45,176 nucleotides of DNA from Deltaproteobacteria bacterium TL4 (lineage in GTDB: Bacteria; SAR324; NAC60-12): contig JBBCAX010000022.1 of NCBI GenBank assembly GCA_051382335.1, positions 1 to 45,176 on the forward strand, written 5' to 3'. Every line of letters begins with the position of its first letter. Position 1 is the first letter of the stretch. Positions 39,921 through 45,176 of this stretch are shown one piece after another. A program made the translations under genes and the position numbers. A model generated the notes under the pieces. It saw only the letters and a list, made by a program, of their open reading frames with translations, had not been told where the DNA came from and did no database searches.

Positions 39921-40940
39921 ATGTCATTCATCCTTGATACTGAGTTTTCAGATTTCATTGGAAATTCTCCTGAAATGGAAGCGGTTAAAGTACTGATTTT
40001 TAAAGCAGCACAGTGTAAGGCAACCGTATTAATCACAGGAGCCAGTGGAACCGGAAAGACGGTGGTGTCTCATGCCATACACTATAATTCGGAATTTGCA
40101 GAGGGACCTTTCATTTCTGTGAATTGCGGTGCGATTCCTTTCAATTTAATCGAAAGTGAACTCTTTGGCTATGAAAAAGGCGCCTTTACAGGAGCGTTGA
40201 ACCGGACCAAAGGTAAGTTTGAACTGGCTCAAAACGGCACGATCTTTTTAGATGAAATCGGAGAACTTCCGATAGACGCACAAGTTAAATTGTTGAGAGT
40301 CTTGCAACAAAAGGAAATCATCAGGGTTGGCGGTGCCGAAACAATTAAACTCAACCTGAGAGTGATTACGGCCACCAATCGAAATCTGATTGATAGTATT
40401 GAAGAAGGGCGTTTTCGAATCGATCTCTTTTATCGAATCGCTCTATTTCTTATTGATTTACCTAATCTTCAAAATAGAAAAGAAGATATTATCCCTCTGG
40501 CAAAACACTTTCTGAATAAATATGCCAAGCTTGAACAACTTCCGGTTGCCAAATTAGGACCCGATGCCGAGAATTTTTTAAAAAATCATTCTTGGCCTGG
40601 AAATGTCCGGCAATTGGAAAATTGCATGTACCGCTCAGTGTTGATGAATTATGACAAATCCATTTTAACCGCTGAGGATATCATGCTGCTGGACCACAAA
40701 AGAAGTGCCGAAGAACTGAGAGCTAGAGGACAATTTTCAAATGAAGAGGTGATTCCTCTGGAAGAACTGGAAGCACGGATGCTTAAAAAAGCATTAATCA
40801 AAGCCCATGGAAATATGGTAGAAGCGGCCAACATGCTCAAAATCGCGCGGAGTACCCTGTATAGCAAAATCGAAAAACATGGTTTAGGAGCGCTGACCAA
40901 AGGCAAAACTAACATGAATACCCGGTCACGCTCCGGATGA
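39921..40940 (+). CDS. Sigma54-dependent enhancer-binding protein lacking an N-terminal regulatory domain
   Basis: GASGTGKT, ELFG.EKGAFTGA, FLDEIGE, FR.DLFYR, WPGNVRQL, Fis-type HTH. The AAA+ domain starts at about residue 11. Confidence 0.94.
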   Translation: MSFILDTEFSDFIGNSPEMEAVKVLIFKAAQCKATVLITGASGTGKTVVSHAIHYNSEFAEGPFISVNCGAIPFNLIESELFGYEKGAFTGALNRTKGKFELAQNGTIFLDEIGELPIDAQVKLLRVLQQKEIIRVGGAETIKLNLRVITATNRNLIDSIEEGRFRIDLFYRIALFLIDLPNLQNRKEDIIPLAKHFLNKYAKLEQLPVAKLGPDAENFLKNHSWPGNVRQLENCMYRSVLMNYDKSILTAEDIMLLDHKRSAEELRARGQFSNEEVIPLEELEARMLKKALIKAHGNMVEAANMLKIARSTLYSKIEKHGLGALTKGKTNMNTRSRSG

Positions 40941-40968
40941 TTGAGAAACCATCCTAAAGGCGGCCTGA

Positions 40969-41259
40969 CTAAAGATGAAAAGGATAATGAAGTGAATAAT
41001 AGTTTTTCAGATCATAGGCCACCGAAACCTCTTCATCATGAAGGTTCTTATAAGATTGGAAGTGATCCTCATAATAATCCCTGCGATCAGCCAATCTTCG
41101 GGTCATCATTCTGCGACCTCCTGTGTTGACGGACAATTCTGACGATTCCAGCCTCCGTTCATACAACCTTCTGTCAGCAAGGTCCCTGAGAGGGACACCA
41201 TTCCTTTCGTTATAAGCTTGCTTATCAACCGAACTGTGATCGCCTTCAGCTAAAAACAT
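40969..41259 (-). CDS. Small Arg-rich hypothetical protein with DRR/ERR repeats
   Basis: SD AAGGAG upstream; LADRRLYERR...GGRR..TRRLADRR. Confidence 0.65.
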   Translation of the reverse strand: MFLAEGDHSSVDKQAYNERNGVPLRDLADRRLYERRLESSELSVNTGGRRMMTRRLADRRDYYEDHFQSYKNLHDEEVSVAYDLKNYYSLHYPFHL

Positions 41260-41354
41260 GTCGCACTCTCCTTCCGCACTATCGTTATCCTGATTTGAGC
41301 TATTCCGACATCTCGCAAATCAACAAAAATCACACAGCAACTCTTGCTGAATCC

Positions 41355-41479
41355 ATACTTAGAACGGGTTGAACCTCTCCCCTTCCTGGGCACGCTAGAT
41401 TAGTTCCCGCGCACACATTCTGCGCAAAAACCTTTAGAAATTTGAAGAATAAAAGCTCAATTTCATCCGTTCTAAGTAT
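41355..41479. mobile_element. MITE-like element with 13-bp perfect terminal inverted repeats
   Basis: ATACTTAGAACGG ... CCGTTCTAAGTAT; non-coding interior. Confidence 0.6.
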
Positions 41480-41676
41480 TACCAAGCGGCTACTCATTCA
41501 CACTTTGAACTTTCACCAAGTCCATCATTATACATTTGTCTCATGGTCCTCATTGCTACATATTTCATGCCGTTTATATATAGTGTTTAATAACAGCAGG
41601 TTAACATGTATCAAATGAGAGGGGTTGTGTCGGATACAGTTCATTACTGTCGGATATGAGTCAAGCGATAGCTTAT

Positions 41677-42102
41677 TTAATAAAGCTCTTGAGACATGTA
41701 AAGCTCCCAATCCAGGTAATAAACCCACTGTATGCCATAATCGTACACTTGGTATTTCATACTATGGGGATCATAATTTATATTTTCGTTACTCAGATAA
41801 GAGAGCATGGACTGAAGGTCATCAATAATTTTGGAGTAGATATACTGATGCGCAGGGTGCGCGGGATTGAGATTTCTTTCAATAAAACCGACACAGGTTC
41901 CCAGACAGGCAATTTTGAACCATTCACGTAATTCAGGTTCAGAAACGGATTCCACTAAGGGCCTCAATTCTTCAAGTCTTACTTTGACGGCTTCGTGTGC
42001 TGCTGACTGATGAAGGGCCTGCAATTGTTTTTCAACTTCTTGGAGGTTGAAGTTTTGTTGCCCTAAAAGATGAGGAATGATGTGAGCGTCAGGAGGTTGC
42101 AT
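41677..42102 (-). CDS. Hypothetical protein
   Basis: ORF is open from 42171; ATG 42102 is likelier. Helical, with an aromatic-rich C-terminus; no family recognised. Confidence 0.65.
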   Translation of the reverse strand: MQPPDAHIIPHLLGQQNFNLQEVEKQLQALHQSAAHEAVKVRLEELRPLVESVSEPELREWFKIACLGTCVGFIERNLNPAHPAHQYIYSKIIDDLQSMLSYLSNENINYDPHSMKYQVYDYGIQWVYYLDWELYMSQELY

Positions 42103-42274
42103 AAAAGTTCGTTCTAAAGATAGAGCAAAGTGGTTCCTTGAGACAAACGGATTCGTGATCAAGAAAACCACTCTTTGCTCTGCCTGATGGTACTCGAATC
42201 AGGAACACCCTGATTCACACTGCTATAACTGAGTCTATCCAAGAATAATAAGTTCAAATAAAAATGACGCGGGC

Positions 42275-43969
42275 CTAATTTTGAGTTTGAGTCATTTTTA
42301 GCATTTCTTGAGCATGCTCCAAAGTTCGTTGGGTGATTTTTGATCCGCCCATCAGCCGGGCAAGTTCTTCAATTTTTTCATGAGCTTCTAATTGTCGAAT
42401 AGAAGTAAAGGTGGCATTATCTTGAATGTCTTTCGTCACGACCAGATGGTTTTCAGAAAAGGCCACCACTTGAGGTAAGTGGGTGATGCATAAGGTTTGA
42501 TGATGCTTCCCTAAAGAGTGTAGTTTTTTTCCCACGATTTCCGCCACTTTACCACTGATGCCAGCGTCCACTTCATCAAAAATCAAAGTATCCACCGGAT
42601 CGACGAAGGCTAACACCGTTTTTAGGGCTAACATGATTCGAGACAATTCCCCGCCTGAGGCAACTTTGATCAAACTTCGAAGCTCCTGCCCCGGATTGAC
42701 TGTCATCAAGAACTCAACATGATCAATACCTGTGGGAGAGAATTGATATTCTTCATTGGTAGAAATATTTTTTAAAACAATAGTTTGAAAGATCGCTTTT
42801 TCCATTCCTAACTGATGCATCTCCGCAACCACCTGTTTATCAAGCTGCATGGCCGCTTTGATGCGATTCTCTGATAATGTTAAGGACTCCGCCTGCAACT
42901 GTGTCTTTAATTGAGAAATACGATCTTGGATTTCCTGGGCTTCGATATCCAGGTTTTCAAGTTCTTCCAACTCCACTTTGTTTCGTTCCAGATTTTCCAA
43001 CAACGCTTTTACGGTTTCAACTTTATATTTCCGTTTCAACCACTGTATTTCATTGAGCCTCTCATTGGTCTGATCCAAATGCTCGGGGTTATGCTCAATA
43101 TTTGAATCATAATCACAAGCTTGCCGATAAATTTCATCCAGTTGAATCAAAGTTTCATCCAGCACCCTTTGCATCTCAATACATCGAGGGTCCAATTGAA
43201 CGGCTTCCTCAACAGATTGTAACAAAAAACGGACCCGATCAATCACCGCATTTTCGGCTTCATAAAGTTCTGCTTTAATTTGCCCAAAAAGATGTGATAA
43301 TTTTTCCGCATGTGACAGCAACGTGGCTTCTTGTTGAAGCCTGTCTTCTTCGTCAGGATCCAGTTGGGCTTTTTCTATTTCATTTCGCTGAAACGCCAGC
43401 AGTTCCATACGTTCTGTGCGTAATTTCAATAGTCCTTTAATCCGTTGCTGCTCCTGTAACGCTGCTTCGTATTGTTCAAACAACTGTCCGACAGCCTCAC
43501 GCTGCCCTGTCAATTTGCCAATGTCATCCAAAAAATCAATATGAGAGGCAACTTGCATCAAAGCTTGATTATCATGTTGACCATGAATATTCACCAGGTA
43601 TCGACCTATTGTTGAAAGTTTAGCAAGAGGAATCGAGGTTCCATTGATCAGGCTTTTCTGACGTCCTTCCTGTTGAATAACTCTTCGAATCACCAAAGTT
43701 CCGTTATCGCAGCGAATATTGGACTCCTTCAAAATAGTTGCTAACGCCGAATGAAGATTGATCTGAAAAACGGCTTCAACGGAGGCATCGCTTTTTCCTG
43801 AGCGAATCACAGAAATATCTGATTTACGACCTAATATCAGTTGAATGGCATCAATGATGATCGACTTTCCCGCGCCTGTTTCTCCCGTTAAGATAGAAAA
43901 CCCTGAATTGAATGAGACTTTTATATGTTGAATTGTAGCAAAATTATTGATTTCTAAGCATTGTAACAT
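42275..43969 (-). CDS. recN: DNA repair protein RecN
   Basis: TGETGAGKS, IHGQH, ASGGELSR, FDEVDAG, ITHLPQV. Confidence 0.98.
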   Translation of the reverse strand: MLQCLEINNFATIQHIKVSFNSGFSILTGETGAGKSIIIDAIQLILGRKSDISVIRSGKSDASVEAVFQINLHSALATILKESNIRCDNGTLVIRRVIQQEGRQKSLINGTSIPLAKLSTIGRYLVNIHGQHDNQALMQVASHIDFLDDIGKLTGQREAVGQLFEQYEAALQEQQRIKGLLKLRTERMELLAFQRNEIEKAQLDPDEEDRLQQEATLLSHAEKLSHLFGQIKAELYEAENAVIDRVRFLLQSVEEAVQLDPRCIEMQRVLDETLIQLDEIYRQACDYDSNIEHNPEHLDQTNERLNEIQWLKRKYKVETVKALLENLERNKVELEELENLDIEAQEIQDRISQLKTQLQAESLTLSENRIKAAMQLDKQVVAEMHQLGMEKAIFQTIVLKNISTNEEYQFSPTGIDHVEFLMTVNPGQELRSLIKVASGGELSRIMLALKTVLAFVDPVDTLIFDEVDAGISGKVAEIVGKKLHSLGKHHQTLCITHLPQVVAFSENHLVVTKDIQDNATFTSIRQLEAHEKIEELARLMGGSKITQRTLEHAQEMLKMTQTQN

Positions 43970-44098
43970 AAAGAATCCTTAGGATAAGACTTGATTTCAT
44001 TAATGATTTGAAACATTACTGACCGTGTTATCTATAGTATCATTTAACCACAGCGGGAGCATAAAGGCTCTGAGCTCCCTGTTTTATAAAGAATAGCA

Positions 44099-44776
44099 AT
44101 GAAAAACCAATTCTACTATCAAATTTACAAAAAACTTCTTAAAGCCTACGGTCCTCAAGGGTGGTGGCCTTTGCTTCATTTACCTCAAAAATACCATTGC
44201 GGCCAATTTGACCTTCCTAAAACCCGTAATGAGCTCTTTGAAATTTACTTAGGCGCCATTCTTACTCAAAACACAACCTGGCGACAAGCTGAAATTGCAC
44301 TCAACAACTTATTTCCTTTAACCGGTTTTGCTCCTGAAAACTTGCTGGCGTTAGATGAAAATCGTTTGAAGGAAGCCATCATACCAGCAAGATACGCAAA
44401 CCAAAAATCAAATTATCTTCAAACCGCTGCCCGCTTCTTTATAGACTTAAAGGAACGTGCTCCATCCCGAACGGAAATTCTCAAGGTGAAAGGTATTGGA
44501 AATGAAACAGCAGACTGTATTTTGCTTTATGCCTACCACCAGCTTGAATTTGTAATCGATGCTTATACTTACCGTATTTTTTCGCACTTGGGACTCAACG
44601 ACACTCACAACTACCTGACCATGAAGCAGCTCTTCGAAGATAATCTTCCCCAGCATGTCCCCTTATACCAAGAATACCACGCTTTAATCGTTCGTCACGG
44701 ATCCTTACACTATAGCAAACGTCCTTATGGTAAAAAGGACTCAACGTTAGGATTCTATAGACGTTCATTTAAATAA
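44099..44776 (+). CDS. HhH-GPD (endonuclease III-related) DNA glycosylase-like protein
   Basis: YGPQGWWP, GAILTQNTTW, VKGIGNETAD.ILLYA, FVIDAYT.R, EYHALIV.HG. Confidence 0.92.
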   Translation: MKNQFYYQIYKKLLKAYGPQGWWPLLHLPQKYHCGQFDLPKTRNELFEIYLGAILTQNTTWRQAEIALNNLFPLTGFAPENLLALDENRLKEAIIPARYANQKSNYLQTAARFFIDLKERAPSRTEILKVKGIGNETADCILLYAYHQLEFVIDAYTYRIFSHLGLNDTHNYLTMKQLFEDNLPQHVPLYQEYHALIVRHGSLHYSKRPYGKKDSTLGFYRRSFK

Positions 44777-44802
44777 ATTTACTTGAGTCTAACCCAGACT
44801 GT

Positions 44803-44878
44803 GGAGTGCCAAAGCTTGCTTTGGCCAAAGCCAAAGAAAGGCCATCGCCTTTCTGGCCAAAGCAAGCTTTGGCACTCC
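44803..44878. repeat. REP doublet (REPIN-like) with perfect 25-bp inverted arms
   Basis: GGAGTGCCAAAGCTTGCTTTGGCCA / TGGCCAAAGCAAGCTTTGGCACTCC; each arm is itself a hairpin (GCCAAAGC-nn-GCTTTGGC). Confidence 0.9.
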
Positions 44879-45031
44879 TGAAACAGCGTTGTTTAAACGG
44901 ATCACGCAACAGGATGAGTTTTCTGAATATATTAGACATCTTTCCAAAATAAAATCTGGATTTTGCGGGTTTGCTGGCATCCTCCTCCTTTACAGCTTTT
45001 CAGAATTTCAAATACATTGTAAGGAGGACCA

Positions 45032-45176
45032 ATGAGCCACTTTGATCAACTGATAGTGTTTCAGAAAAATTTTGTCTCGGGGGGAGGGCGTCCCGCCCTC
45101 CGGTGAGGGCAAGAGGCCCTCGCTCCCAGGACAAAACTTTCCTTGAGCACTATACTTTAAGTGAACAGGTCTTAAA
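45032..45176 (+). pseudogene. 5' end of a gene apparently interrupted by a MITE; runs off the window
   Basis: SD TAAGGAGG then ATG AGC CAC TTT GAT CAA CTG. Removing 45053-45153 joins MSHFDQL to TLSEQVL in frame. Confidence 0.4.
45053..45153. mobile_element. MITE/REPIN-like element, same family as 29682-29784
   Basis: Imperfect TIRs ATAGTGTTTCAGAAAAATTTTGTC / GACAAAACTTTCCTTGAGCACTAT; internal GAGGGCGTCCCGCCCTC and GAGGGCAAGAGGCCCTCGCTCCCAG. Confidence 0.8.

Noticed and set aside
43970..44098. LexA box between recN and the glycosylase
   Set aside because: No match to LexA motifs I know; only a GGGAGC/GCTCCC hairpin of unclear meaning.
42230..44798. TGAGTCTA.CC.AGA direct repeats flanking recN and the glycosylase as a mobile unit
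   Set aside because: Short imperfect match around housekeeping genes; chance is plausible.
44789..44980. 63-aa minus-strand ORF with an SD
   Set aside because: Its 3' half is the translated REP palindrome and its SD doubles as the anti-SD arm; not supportable as a gene, though not excluded.

Overview
Bacterial chromosomal window with about 38 coding regions and no rRNA, tRNA, CRISPR array, transposase or prophage that I can see. The gene mix resembles a deltaproteobacteria-like lineage such as SAR324, but that is inference only. Housekeeping genes: moaC, nadE, a TatD nuclease, rnc, an RluB-like synthase, ackA-pta, an acyl-CoA dehydrogenase, a Yej/Opp-type ABC importer, glgA, recN and an HhH-GPD glycosylase. 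Signalling and motility genes: a 1433-aa hybrid kinase, motA with two tandem motB paralogues, a FapA/DUF342 protein, an MCP and a sigma54 activator with no sensor domain. The best candidates for under-described systems are: (i) a CHASE2 adenylate cyclase, a secreted FecR protein with long acidic repeats, an outer-membrane barrel and a lipoprotein, with no sigma factor; (ii) one MotA with two CxxC-bearing, Na+-type MotB subunits; (iii) an MCP plus sensor-less sigma54 activator locus flanked by a small 4-Cys protein and an Arg-rich DRR/ERR protein. The non-coding DNA holds several REP/MITE-like palindromic elements, one apparently inserted into the start of a gene at the right edge. It also holds long hairpins flanking rnc-rluB and a coupled leader ORF before the AI-2E gene. 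All calls come from reading motifs by eye; no searches were run.
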